A stretch of 46,946 nt of DNA from Anaerolineaceae bacterium UBA5224 (GCA_002409365.1 DHUW01000090.1:32531-79476); one strand, 5' to 3'. Shown: positions 33,507 to 42,853, counted from the stretch's first letter. A program made the numbers and translations. The notes: generated by a model not told the origin, from the letters alone.

Positions 33507-36305
33507 ATGCCTGAAATTGTTGCCCTGGACCTTGAAACAACGGGTTTGGACCCAAAAAACGACTCAATCATTGAAATCGGTGCGGTGAAATTCAACGAAA
33601 ACCGCACTATCGCTGAATATTCCAAACTGGTCAATCCGCGTAAACCGATCAATCAATTCATTACCAACCTGACCGGTATCACCAACAGCATGGTCATGAA
33701 TGCACCATTCATTATTGATGTGCTCCCCGAAATTCGCGATTTCGTCGGCGATGCTATTATTTTGGGGCAAAATATCGATTTCGATCTCAGTTTCTTCCAT
33801 CGCTACAAACAATTCACAGATAATCCCACCATCGACACCTACGAACTGGCAGCCATATTGATGCCAACCGCACACCGTTATGGTCTCGGTTCGCTGTCAA
33901 GACAACTGGGCATTGTGCTCACAAATGCCCACCGGGCGCTGGACGACGCCCGGGCAACGATGCAGGTTTATCAGCAGCTTCTCAAAAAAGTTACCAATCT
34001 GCCTGTCGAACTGGTGGTAGAGATCCTGCGCCTGAGCAAAGGTCTGAATTGGCAGGGCGAACTACCCTTCCGCTGGGCCTTACGCCACATGGCTGATCAA
34101 GGCATCCAGCCACGGCGACTCAGCCCGGATGATGAAGACCTGGTGTTTGGACTCGAGCGGTCCCCACGGACCAAAGGCTTGCAGCCAAATGAAACCCTGG
34201 TTCCACTCGATGGCGAAGAAATCGCCAGCACGCTTCAGCCCGGAGGTGCCTTCGCAAAGTATGACCCCAATTTTGAACATCGTCCGCAACAGGTTGAGGT
34301 GCTGCTCTCGGTTTGTAACGCTCTCAATCGTGGTGACCACCTGATGGTGGAAGCCGGAACCGGCACAGGAAAGTCGCTTGCCTACCTGATCCCGGCGGCT
34401 TATTGGGCGATGCAAAACGGTGAGAGAGTGGTGATCTCGACCAACACTATCGCTTTACAGGACCAATTAATAGAAAAAGACATCCCAGACCTGATCCAGG
34501 CGCTGGATATTGACTTGAAAGCCTCCGTCTTGAAAGGGCGTAACAATTATCTTTGCCCACGCAGACTTAAACTGATGCGCCGGAGAGGTCCCGAAAATGT
34601 GGATGAAATGCGTGTGTTGGGTAAGGTGCTGGTTTGGCTGCAAAGCAGTCAGTCCGGCGATCGGCGCGAGATCAACCTGAACGGACCGATGGAACGGCTG
34701 GTGTGGTCTCGCCTTTCTGCAGAAGATGAAGGCTGTAAGTTGGAGACCTGCCTGAAGCGCATGGGCGGCACCTGCCCCTTTTACAAGGCGCGTATGGCTG
34801 CTGAAAGTTCGCATATTTTAGTGATCAACCATGCCCTGCTCCTGGCGGATGCGGCTGCCGAAAACCAGGTTTTACCCGATTTCAACTACCTGATCGTGGA
34901 CGAAGCCCACCATCTTGAGGCTGCCACTACGGATGCGATGAGTTTCAGCCTGCGGGCAGTGGACGTAAACCGCACAGTGCGTGAGCTTGGTTCAACCGAG
35001 CAGGGCATTTTGGGTCGGTTGGTGAGCATCGCTGCTCCAGTACTAATGCCCGCTGACCTCGCTCTTTTGCTTCAATCGGTAAATTCAGCATCCGAACGTG
35101 CTTTTCGTTTTGATACCGACATGACTGCCTACTTCAAGGCGCTGGATTACCTCATGGAAGAAGTGCGCGAAGGCAAACCCCTGGGCACTTACCCGCAAAA
35201 AACTCGCATCTTGCCATCTACGCGCATGATTCCTGCCTGGCTGGACGTTGAGATAACCTGGGAACAAGCCAAAGACGACCTGGAAGAATTGCTGCGTATC
35301 GTCAGGAATATTCGCATATCGGTGCAAGGTGTGGATGGTATCGATCAGGAAGATGCGGAAGATATATTTGGGGCGCTTGCGCGAACTACGCAAACTCTCA
35401 ATGAGATCGACAGCAATCTTGAAAGCCTGACCATGAATCCGTCCGATGATCAGATCTATTGGGTAGAGATTGACCCTCTGCAGCTTCGTATGACCCTCCA
35501 GATCGCGCCGTTGCACATTGGCAGCCTGATGGAAAAGTACCTCTGGCACGAAAAATCCAGTGTGATCCTCACCTCGGCCACCCTTACTACGCACGGGGAG
35601 TTCGATTACCTGAAGCTCAGGCTGAACGGTGAGGATGCTCATGAATTAATGGTTGGTTCCCCCTTCGATTATGAGACCTCCGCCATGGTATACATCCCCC
35701 AGGACATTCCTGAACCGTCTGATAATTACGGTCATCAAAAAACCCTTGATGATACGATTATTCGATTGGCAAAGGCAACTGGAGGACGCATGCTGGTGCT
35801 GTTTACCTCGTATGCCCAGCTGCAGCGCACATCGCAAGACATCCAGGGACCCTTGCAGAAAGAGGATATCCAGGTCTACGAGCAGGGCGAAGGTTCCTCA
35901 GCGACTTCCTTGCTCGAGACCTTCAAGGAGGATCCAAGAGCTGTGCTTTTAGGAACACGTTCGTTCTGGGAAGGCGTCGACGTACCAGGGGAAGCGCTGC
36001 AAGTGTTGGTGATCGCCAAATTGCCCTTTGATGTACCCAGTGACCCCATTGTGGCAGCGCGCTCGGAGAGCTTTGACGATCCCTTCAACGAGTATATGCT
36101 TCCGGAAGCTATTTTGCGCTTCAGACAAGGGTTTGGTCGCCTTATCAGGACCCAAACTGACCGGGGAATTGTGGCAATTTTGGACAAACGTATCCTCAGC
36201 AAACAGTATGGGAGATTGTTTATTGAATCGCTGCCGCGTTGCAACACCATCCGCGGAAGTATCCTGAATCTTCCTGAAACTGCGGAAAAATGGTTGGGAT
36301 TATAA
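33507..36305 (+). CDS. dinG: DinG-family ATP-dependent helicase with N-terminal DnaQ-like 3'-5' exonuclease domain
   Basis: Exo I VALDLETTGLDPKNDSIIEIGAV, Exo III HRALDDA, Walker A VEAGTGTGKSLAYL, DEAH box VDEAHHLE. Four Cys (YLC...GCKLETCLKRMGGTC) lie between motifs I and II. Confidence 0.85.
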   Translation: MPEIVALDLETTGLDPKNDSIIEIGAVKFNENRTIAEYSKLVNPRKPINQFITNLTGITNSMVMNAPFIIDVLPEIRDFVGDAIILGQNIDFDLSFFHRYKQFTDNPTIDTYELAAILMPTAHRYGLGSLSRQLGIVLTNAHRALDDARATMQVYQQLLKKVTNLPVELVVEILRLSKGLNWQGELPFRWALRHMADQGIQPRRLSPDDEDLVFGLERSPRTKGLQPNETLVPLDGEEIASTLQPGGAFAKYDPNFEHRPQQVEVLLSVCNALNRGDHLMVEAGTGTGKSLAYLIPAAYWAMQNGERVVISTNTIALQDQLIEKDIPDLIQALDIDLKASVLKGRNNYLCPRRLKLMRRRGPENVDEMRVLGKVLVWLQSSQSGDRREINLNGPMERLVWSRLSAEDEGCKLETCLKRMGGTCPFYKARMAAESSHILVINHALLLADAAAENQVLPDFNYLIVDEAHHLEAATTDAMSFSLRAVDVNRTVRELGSTEQGILGRLVSIAAPVLMPADLALLLQSVNSASERAFRFDTDMTAYFKALDYLMEEVREGKPLGTYPQKTRILPSTRMIPAWLDVEITWEQAKDDLEELLRIVRNIRISVQGVDGIDQEDAEDIFGALARTTQTLNEIDSNLESLTMNPSDDQIYWVEIDPLQLRMTLQIAPLHIGSLMEKYLWHEKSSVILTSATLTTHGEFDYLKLRLNGEDAHELMVGSPFDYETSAMVYIPQDIPEPSDNYGHQKTLDDTIIRLAKATGGRMLVLFTSYAQLQRTSQDIQGPLQKEDIQVYEQGEGSSATSLLETFKEDPRAVLLGTRSFWEGVDVPGEALQVLVIAKLPFDVPSDPIVAARSESFDDPFNEYMLPEAILRFRQGFGRLIRTQTDRGIVAILDKRILSKQYGRLFIESLPRCNTIRGSILNLPETAEKWLGL

Positions 36306-36338
36306 GATTTTCCTGTAAAGGGTCTCTCTACACGGTTA

Positions 36339-36367
36339 TTGACATTCCTCTCGTTCGTTAGTAAACT
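36339..36367 (+). promoter_or_regulatory. candidate promoter for the 65-aa gene
   Basis: TTGACA (36339..36344), 17-nt spacer, TAAACT (36362..36367). Confidence 0.45.
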
Positions 36368-36416
36368 TTCCTCGTAAGGTTTGAAAGAATAAGTTTTTAA
36401 ACGAAGGAGAATTAAA

Positions 36417-36614
36417 ATGGCTTACAGCTTCAAAAATTCGAAAGGCAAAGAATACTTTCTGCACGTTACGAAAGTGAAACGCGCGTCTGGGAAAGAAACT
36501 GAATTGTATTTCTTTTCACCCGACATCCGAAAAGGACAGGAAGTTGATAAAGTCCCTGCAGGCAAGCAAGTGATCGAGCTGGCTTCCGGTCTTCCCGTTC
36601 TGAAGAAGAAGTAG
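36417..36614 (+). CDS. small basic hypothetical protein (65 aa)
   Basis: Strong RBS AAGGAGA 7 nt upstream, its own promoter-like element, and a strong terminator directly downstream. The C-terminus is GLPVLKKK. Confidence 0.7.
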   Translation: MAYSFKNSKGKEYFLHVTKVKRASGKETELYFFSPDIRKGQEVDKVPAGKQVIELASGLPVLKKK

Positions 36615-36630
36615 TCTGATTCAAGCAGAT

Positions 36631-36661
36631 AAACACCCCGCAAAAGCGGGGTGTTTGTTTT
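36631..36661 (+). terminator. rho-independent terminator
   Basis: aaacaccccgc aaaa gcggggtgttt followed by gtttt. Confidence 0.9.
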
Positions 36662-36817
36662 AAGCGCATCCATTCTTCCTCTCCAGATAAGTAATATTCT
36701 CCCCCAACATCTATGCTCTTTACACACAAGATGACAGACAAACAAAACAAGGACAAGCTGCTGGCATTGGAATTGCAACTAAACAGTCATGAAGTATCTG
36801 TAATTGAGGAGACTATT

Positions 36818-37468
36818 ATGAAGAAATCTGCAATTGTCCTATTCGTGATCATCCTGCTGGTACTGGCGTTGGCGGGATGTAAGCGTTCAGCATCCAAAGC
36901 GCCAGAGGTGACACCGGAATATATGGAACAGGTGGGAACTCTTTTGCCAGTCGATCAACAAATTTTCAATGCAACCATGACCGCCCAGGCGATCATTGAA
37001 GAGTTCAATATGCCCACCCAAATGGTACCAAACGCCCAGGGCACTCCTGTGGCAATTACTCAAATGCCACCAACCCCCATCCCATCCCCGACCCCTACCA
37101 GTGCACCGACTCCCACCCTGCAGGCGCTTACCCGTCCGCAGAGTTGGGTGGTTCAGGGCGGCGAGAACGTCTACTGTCTCTCGCGTCGTTTTGATGTGGA
37201 CCCGGGCGATATGCTTGCGATCAACAACCTGTACGCAGGCAGCATGCTGAACATTGGCGATGTGCTGCTGATCCCCCAAACGGGTTCATGGCCTGGTGGT
37301 GACCGCCAACTTTTGCCACACCCGGACACCTGGACTGTGACCCCCGGTGAGACAGTGTTTGAAGTCGCCTGTGCTTATGGCGACGTCTGGCCAGAGCATA
37401 TCATCCAGGCAAACGGCTTAACTGAACCTTATGACATCAGCGGCATTGCTACGCTTCAGATTCCCTGA
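36818..37468 (+). CDS. lipoprotein with Pro/Thr-rich linker and two LysM domains
   Basis: GAGGAG RBS and ATG 36818. Signal peptide with lipobox LALAGC, linker PPTPIPSPTPTSAPTPT, and two LysM-like units (WVVQGGENVYCLSRRF...GDVLLIP; WTVTPGETVFEVACAY...IATLQIP). Confidence 0.8.
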   Translation: MKKSAIVLFVIILLVLALAGCKRSASKAPEVTPEYMEQVGTLLPVDQQIFNATMTAQAIIEEFNMPTQMVPNAQGTPVAITQMPPTPIPSPTPTSAPTPTLQALTRPQSWVVQGGENVYCLSRRFDVDPGDMLAINNLYAGSMLNIGDVLLIPQTGSWPGGDRQLLPHPDTWTVTPGETVFEVACAYGDVWPEHIIQANGLTEPYDISGIATLQIP

Positions 37469-37528
37469 TCAAAATCAAGTTAGAATAACAGGAGGCGCAA
37501 GCCTCCTGAATTTTTTAAAAGGAGCATC

Positions 37529-38086
37529 ATGGCAGAAACAACCATTATTAGTCGGGAACAATATCTACAAGGCTATATCTTCGACATTGAAAAGGTGCAT
37601 TTGCGATTACCTGACGGCAGAGAGCATACCTACGACCTGGTTGATCATGCCGATGCGGTCACAATTTTACCGATCGATGACGAAGGGATGGTCTATTTTG
37701 TCCGTCAATATCGGGTGGGAGCAGAAAAAGAGCTGCTCGAGCTGCCAGCTGGTGTGATCGATGATGGTGAGCAACCGCTGACAGCTGCTCACCGCGAACT
37801 GCAGGAGGAAATTGGGAGGGACGCGTCGCAGATGGAACGCCTTGGCGGATTTTTTATGGCTGCCGGCTATTCCAATGAATACATGCATGTTTTTTATGCC
37901 AGTCATTTACGCGAGAAGTCGCTTGAACAAGATGAGGATGAATTTCTTAGCCTGGTCAAGGTGGACCTACGCGAGGTTTTCGGTATGATCAGGTCAGGTG
38001 AAATCGAAGATGGAAAGACGATTTCCGCGTTCCTTTTGGCTATGCCGATGCTGAACGAATTGCTGATGGCGGCAAATGGTTTTTGA
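37529..38086 (+). CDS. NUDIX hydrolase (ADP-ribose pyrophosphatase-like)
   Basis: Nudix box GVIDDGEQPLTAAHRELQEEIG. 185 aa. Confidence 0.85.
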   Translation: MAETTIISREQYLQGYIFDIEKVHLRLPDGREHTYDLVDHADAVTILPIDDEGMVYFVRQYRVGAEKELLELPAGVIDDGEQPLTAAHRELQEEIGRDASQMERLGGFFMAAGYSNEYMHVFYASHLREKSLEQDEDEFLSLVKVDLREVFGMIRSGEIEDGKTISAFLLAMPMLNELLMAANGF

Positions 38087-38291
38087 TCAAATTTAATTAA
38101 AAAACTTACGCTTAGTTCTTGTTTACGAATGAATTTCCTGTCAGACTACCTTTACTAAACAGGTTTTTTTGAAGATGGAGGATCAAACTTGTACGGAGAC
38201 TTGACCGCAGGTTTTCAATATTCATGTCTCTCCCATTTTTCAATGTCAGGAATTCGAAGAGCGAAAGGTTTGTGTGGAGATATTTCAGATA

Positions 38292-39485
38292 TCAAGAGCG
38301 AGCTACCACCTGTTTGTCCTTAAACAGCTGATACACCATAAGACACAATAATCCCAAATATGCCAACGCCATAACCTGGTAATTGACTATTGGTCCAAAC
38401 CCATATAATGCAGGTAGGTAAGCATTGGCGTTGATCAACCAGATTAGTAAGGGCACATAAAAACGGTCAGGGTAGATAAACAGAAATATCACCGCAATCA
38501 AGTCAACAGTGAACATATACCTTTCGTGCATGGCGGGCAGGAAGTAAGTACAAAGCATGACTGTTAACATCGTCACGACGATGTAATCTCTATTCGTTAC
38601 GGTGACTTTGTCCGAAAACAAGATGATGTAGAAAACCATCAGAATTCCAAAAAGGATGATTATTCCAGTCTGGGAAAAATAGTTGTATTCATTTGGAAGC
38701 AGGCTGTAGAAATTCGAGTAATTCATAACCAAGGCAAGGTATTCACCTACCTGGGTGGAGTATGCACTAGTAATTTCAGAAAGAGGTTTGCCAAGGATCC
38801 AGGCAGGGATATAGATAAAAAAGTTAACCAATGGTATAAGCAAAAAATTAAGAGCCGAGAATTTTTTTTCTTTGAAATAAAGTAAAAACAACACAGGCAG
38901 GACGAACAATGCTTGTAGCTTGAATGCAAGAGCAATACCGTAGCTAACAAATGCCCAGGTGATCTTTTTCGTTAAGAAAAGATAGATAGCAATTATGATA
39001 AAGCAGGTATAAATAATGTCACACTGTCCCCAAACTGCGCTGTTGAGCAGAACAGGGGGGACAAACAAGGCCACCCCATAGGCTAAGTAGGGCAGTAGCT
39101 TGGTTTTGTCTAATTTGAATAAATGCCTAATGATTAGCATGATAAAGATTGCTGTGGTGAAATCAAAGAAAAATGAAACGGCTTTAATTTTACTTAGAAG
39201 CGAAAGGGGGAAATAATTGATGAATGCCAGGATATAAAGATAGGCAACGTTGTAATCGCTTTGTAGCGTAGGAATTCCAGCAAAACCGCCATTGAGTACC
39301 AGATATTCGCTCCATGGTCTGAACGAAAGGACATAATCACCTGCCGTAAAATAAATTTGGTCCTTTCGAATGAGCAATGCAAAAATCGTAATGATCAAAA
39401 AAAGAAATAGGTGTTTATAGTTTTGCAGGAATTGTATTACTGCACTTTCAGTTTTACTAATATCAATCGATAGATTCTTTTTCAA
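38292..39485 (-). CDS. polytopic GT-C-like glycosyltransferase (Gpi18/PIG-V-like or DUF2029-like mannosyltransferase)
   Basis: 397 aa with about 10 TM helices and the first-loop motif TAGDYVLSFRPWSEYL...QSDYNVAYLY. The DNA is visibly AT-rich. The family call is from memory of the COG5542-type pattern. Confidence 0.5.
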   Translation of the reverse strand: MKKNLSIDISKTESAVIQFLQNYKHLFLFLIITIFALLIRKDQIYFTAGDYVLSFRPWSEYLVLNGGFAGIPTLQSDYNVAYLYILAFINYFPLSLLSKIKAVSFFFDFTTAIFIMLIIRHLFKLDKTKLLPYLAYGVALFVPPVLLNSAVWGQCDIIYTCFIIIAIYLFLTKKITWAFVSYGIALAFKLQALFVLPVLFLLYFKEKKFSALNFLLIPLVNFFIYIPAWILGKPLSEITSAYSTQVGEYLALVMNYSNFYSLLPNEYNYFSQTGIIILFGILMVFYIILFSDKVTVTNRDYIVVTMLTVMLCTYFLPAMHERYMFTVDLIAVIFLFIYPDRFYVPLLIWLINANAYLPALYGFGPIVNYQVMALAYLGLLCLMVYQLFKDKQVVARS

Positions 39486-39510
39486 CTAAATTTCCTCCTA
39501 AAAAATGGAG

Positions 39511-41079
39511 TTATGGTTTTTTTTCAAAAACCAACCCCGTAGAATCCCTGTAAATAAGATTGTAACCTGCAATATTCCCTGCGTCGGCGTCTCGATAGAA
39601 CGACTGGCTACGTTCAAATTCATCCGGGTCTATGCCAGTGAGTCCCTCTTGCAGGTAATCACGGATACGCTGCTGCTGCAGGAGCAAGATGTCAAAATTT
39701 CCTTCGCGAATATATTCGTAAGTCATCAACTCAAATGAAGTATGTTTCTGCCAATTATTATCGTCCGGCAGGTAGAGGCGGTAGTCGAAGTAGACCGTCA
39801 AGGGTTGATCTAAATCTGGACCCAAGACCTGAGAGACTTTTTCATAGAACATTATAGATATGTTGTTATTCTCTCTCGCAAGATGAGTTTTAATGGTATT
39901 GATGTCCTGAATAATAAAAAAGGTACTCTGCACAGTAATAATCGCAAGGAAAACTATCAAAACTATCCTCGTTGCTGCCTTCATGTCGATCCACTCCTTG
40001 CGATCCGGAAAAGCTATCACCCAGGAAGAGAACATCGGCAAGGCAACAGGCAGCCAGTATTGATACTTGAAATGGCTAAAGAAAAAAATATAGACAGTCA
40101 AAGGCAAAAACCAGCTCAAAATTAAGACACTCAAAAATCGTCGCTGTTTGTTGAAAAGACCGATCAAAGCTAAAACAAAGGTGCTAATCAAAAAAATATA
40201 CTCACCATAGTAATAACGTAAAGTTGAGGGAAAACTTTTCAGTCCTTTTTCATAAACAACACCGTAACCATGCGCAAGTAAATCAGCTTGTTTTTTGGCG
40301 ACATTTAGGTACTCTGTTCTTGCCCAAGGAGATAGTAGGAACGGATTAGCTAGCACGAAGAATACAGCCAGAATAAGAATATATGCCAAGGAAGACAGCA
40401 AAGCTCTTTTCCATGTAACTTTCTTATCGACCAGAGCCCAGATAATTGTTAAGCCTACGGCAAGAAAAAAAAAGGCTCCCACTACTTTTGTGGCTATCAT
40501 GATGCCGCAAATTGCTGCTGAGAGGAAAAAATATTTTCCGAGGGAACGGTTGTCAATAACCAAAAGTAAAAGAATTAGGGACGAAAGTAACACTATCATT
40601 CCATCTGGGTGAAGCCACAATCCATTTTGTAGCGTTGCGGGAATGATAAGCAGAAACATGTATAAAACTATTGACCTGAATGACTTGAAACCATCCTGAA
40701 GGTAAACAAGAATCAGAATGCCAATAAGCATTGGAAAAACAGAGACGATTTGGCGTAATGCAAGCATAAGTGTTGGAATATTCTGTAATTGACCAGCCAA
40801 TTTAAATAGCAAAGCGACCAACCCTGAAAATCCAAAGAAGGGGAACCCGTAAAAGTAATATCCATAAAAGACAAACCCCCGCAAAAAGCTTTCCAGGTTT
40901 GCTTTAGGTGTGACCATTTCTTGTATAACAGGGAGTACTGCTGCTTCATCTGGTTCGAATATTCGAACCATCGCAAGGTTCGCAGAGCCAGTTTTGTTTA
41001 GGATGCCATACAACACTAAAAAAAACGCGCTTATGATAATCAGAAAAAGGATGATATGCGACTTTTTTTCTGTCTTCAC
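39511..41079 (-). CDS. polytopic membrane protein, GT-C (GT39/GT83, ArnT/PMT-like) candidate; paralog A
   Basis: 522 aa. The first-loop motif IFEPDEAAVLPVIQEM resembles the DE...M motif of ArnT/PMT enzymes. It has many TM helices and a C-terminal soluble domain of about 130 aa. It is a paralog of 41255..42853. Confidence 0.55.
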   Translation of the reverse strand: MKTEKKSHIILFLIIISAFFLVLYGILNKTGSANLAMVRIFEPDEAAVLPVIQEMVTPKANLESFLRGFVFYGYYFYGFPFFGFSGLVALLFKLAGQLQNIPTLMLALRQIVSVFPMLIGILILVYLQDGFKSFRSIVLYMFLLIIPATLQNGLWLHPDGMIVLLSSLILLLLVIDNRSLGKYFFLSAAICGIMIATKVVGAFFFLAVGLTIIWALVDKKVTWKRALLSSLAYILILAVFFVLANPFLLSPWARTEYLNVAKKQADLLAHGYGVVYEKGLKSFPSTLRYYYGEYIFLISTFVLALIGLFNKQRRFLSVLILSWFLPLTVYIFFFSHFKYQYWLPVALPMFSSWVIAFPDRKEWIDMKAATRIVLIVFLAIITVQSTFFIIQDINTIKTHLARENNNISIMFYEKVSQVLGPDLDQPLTVYFDYRLYLPDDNNWQKHTSFELMTYEYIREGNFDILLLQQQRIRDYLQEGLTGIDPDEFERSQSFYRDADAGNIAGYNLIYRDSTGLVFEKKP

Positions 41080-41254
41080 AGGCTCATTATAACCGCAGCA
41101 TGCCCCAATATGCGGTGATTTCTTATGGCTCCATTGTTGATGCTGAACGATTCGCCGATTGCTTCAAATGGTTGTTGATCAAGGATAAACACAAAAATGT
41201 GATAGGCTCCATTTTACTCCCTCATCAAAATCAGTTCGTAAGTATAATCATTGA

Positions 41255-42853
41255 ATGGCTAAGAAGAAACAGTGGGTAATCTTTTCATTAGTATTGCTAT
41301 CGATGCTTTCTTTTATAATCTATTCGATCCCAAACTCAAAAGCTTCTGAGAACATGTCAATGGTAACCATGTTTGAGCCGGACGAGTCTGCCATGGTCCC
41401 CATCATCAGGCGTATGGCTGGACCGCACGTAAATTTGGTTCACACTATCTACCGCATGGTAGCTTACGGGTTTTATCATTATGGATTCCCACATTTCGCC
41501 CCCTCAGCCATAATTCTCAAGCTTTTGACCTTTTTTGGGCAGGGAGAGAACTTGTCCCTGGTGATGCTCAGTCTGCGCCAACTGATCAGCGTACTACCGA
41601 TGATTGCAAGCTTGTGGGTGCTGGTTTACCTGCAGGACCAGTTCAAGACCTGGCGGTCAATTGCCTTATTGGTTTTTTTGCTGGCAGTTCCGGCGGTTGT
41701 GCAAAACGGTTACTGGTGGCACCCTGATGGCTTGGTAATGCTTTTTTCCAGCCTGGTGCTTTATTTCTTATGGAAAGATAAGCGCACTTTCGGGAAAAAT
41801 TTCTTTATTGCAGCCATTCTGTGTGGTATCCTGGTGGCATTGAAGGTGGTTGGGTTTTTCTTCTTTCTCACCATTGCTGTGGTTTTGATCTGGGGCTTGA
41901 TAGAAAAACGACTGACCTGGAAACAATTCTTCCTCAAGGGCATCCAGTTCATCCTGATCATGGCAGTCGCGATAGTGGTCGCCAGCCCCCACTTGCTGAT
42001 CCCAAACCACAGAGCTTTTGCCTTTACAGTCTTAAAGCGTGAAATATTTGAAACCTCCAAAGGTTATGGGATTTTTTATGAAAAAGGGCTGTTTTCGGCC
42101 TGGCCAACCATGCGTGCTTTTTATGGTGAGGCTGTTTTCCTGCTCACTGCGATAGGGGTATCAATCTGGAGTCTGTGGAATGAGAAGAGAAGGTTCTTAA
42201 CCGTATTGATCCTGAGCTGGTTCATTCCCCTTTCAATCCATCTATTTTTCTTTTCCCATTTTAAGTATCAGTATTGGCTTCCTGTCGCCATCCCCCTATT
42301 TTCAAACCTGGCTTTTTTGCTGCCTGGGGGCAAGGGAGAGGGTGTCCAGCAAGACAAAAATAAAGTCGTCAAACTAATTTTGCTCCTTATAGTAGTTGTT
42401 CAGTTCGGGTTGTTCCTGGTGAAGGACGTCGAATTATTTAAGGAACGTAACAACCGGGCGGAGAATAATCCGGCAATCCAGTTTTATGACAAAGCCCTGG
42501 TAGAGCTGGCTTCGGTCACCCAGGATAAACTGGTTTACTATGACTATCGCTTGTATATGCTTGAAAAACCTGGCTGGTTTGTTGAAAATTCATTTGATTT
42601 ATTGACCTATGATTACATCCGATCACGAAATTTTGACCTGTTATTCCTTTCGCAGCAGCGGATCCTGGATTATTTGCACCCGTCAGCAGTGGGTCTTGAT
42701 CCTTCGACCTTTGCCCAAAGCCAAGAATTTTATCGTGACGCAAATGAAGAAACACTGGAGGGGTACAAACTTTTATTAAGAGATGATACGGTTCTCCTGT
42801 ACATCAGGCAGGACCTCTGCAAGAAATATTACAGTCCTGGTCGTTGCGACTGA
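41255..42853 (+). CDS. polytopic membrane protein, GT-C (ArnT/PMT-like) candidate; paralog B
   Basis: 532 aa with MFEPDESAMVPIIRRM. It shares long identical blocks with paralog A (FFFSHFKYQYWLPVA, LVYLQD, YEKGL, DYRLY, FYRDA). Confidence 0.55.
   Translation: MAKKKQWVIFSLVLLSMLSFIIYSIPNSKASENMSMVTMFEPDESAMVPIIRRMAGPHVNLVHTIYRMVAYGFYHYGFPHFAPSAIILKLLTFFGQGENLSLVMLSLRQLISVLPMIASLWVLVYLQDQFKTWRSIALLVFLLAVPAVVQNGYWWHPDGLVMLFSSLVLYFLWKDKRTFGKNFFIAAILCGILVALKVVGFFFFLTIAVVLIWGLIEKRLTWKQFFLKGIQFILIMAVAIVVASPHLLIPNHRAFAFTVLKREIFETSKGYGIFYEKGLFSAWPTMRAFYGEAVFLLTAIGVSIWSLWNEKRRFLTVLILSWFIPLSIHLFFFSHFKYQYWLPVAIPLFSNLAFLLPGGKGEGVQQDKNKVVKLILLLIVVVQFGLFLVKDVELFKERNNRAENNPAIQFYDKALVELASVTQDKLVYYDYRLYMLEKPGWFVENSFDLLTYDYIRSRNFDLLFLSQQRILDYLHPSAVGLDPSTFAQSQEFYRDANEETLEGYKLLLRDDTVLLYIRQDLCKKYYSPGRCD

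Noticed and set aside
35085-35642. 185-aa minus-strand ORF (plus 34080..34814 and 35876..36250 ORFs)
   Set aside because: All lie antisense within dinG, whose helicase motifs are unambiguous.
36713-36817. upstream extension of the LysM lipoprotein ORF
   Set aside because: The ATG at 36818 has a GAGGAG RBS and begins a canonical lipoprotein signal peptide. The extension would bury the signal peptide.
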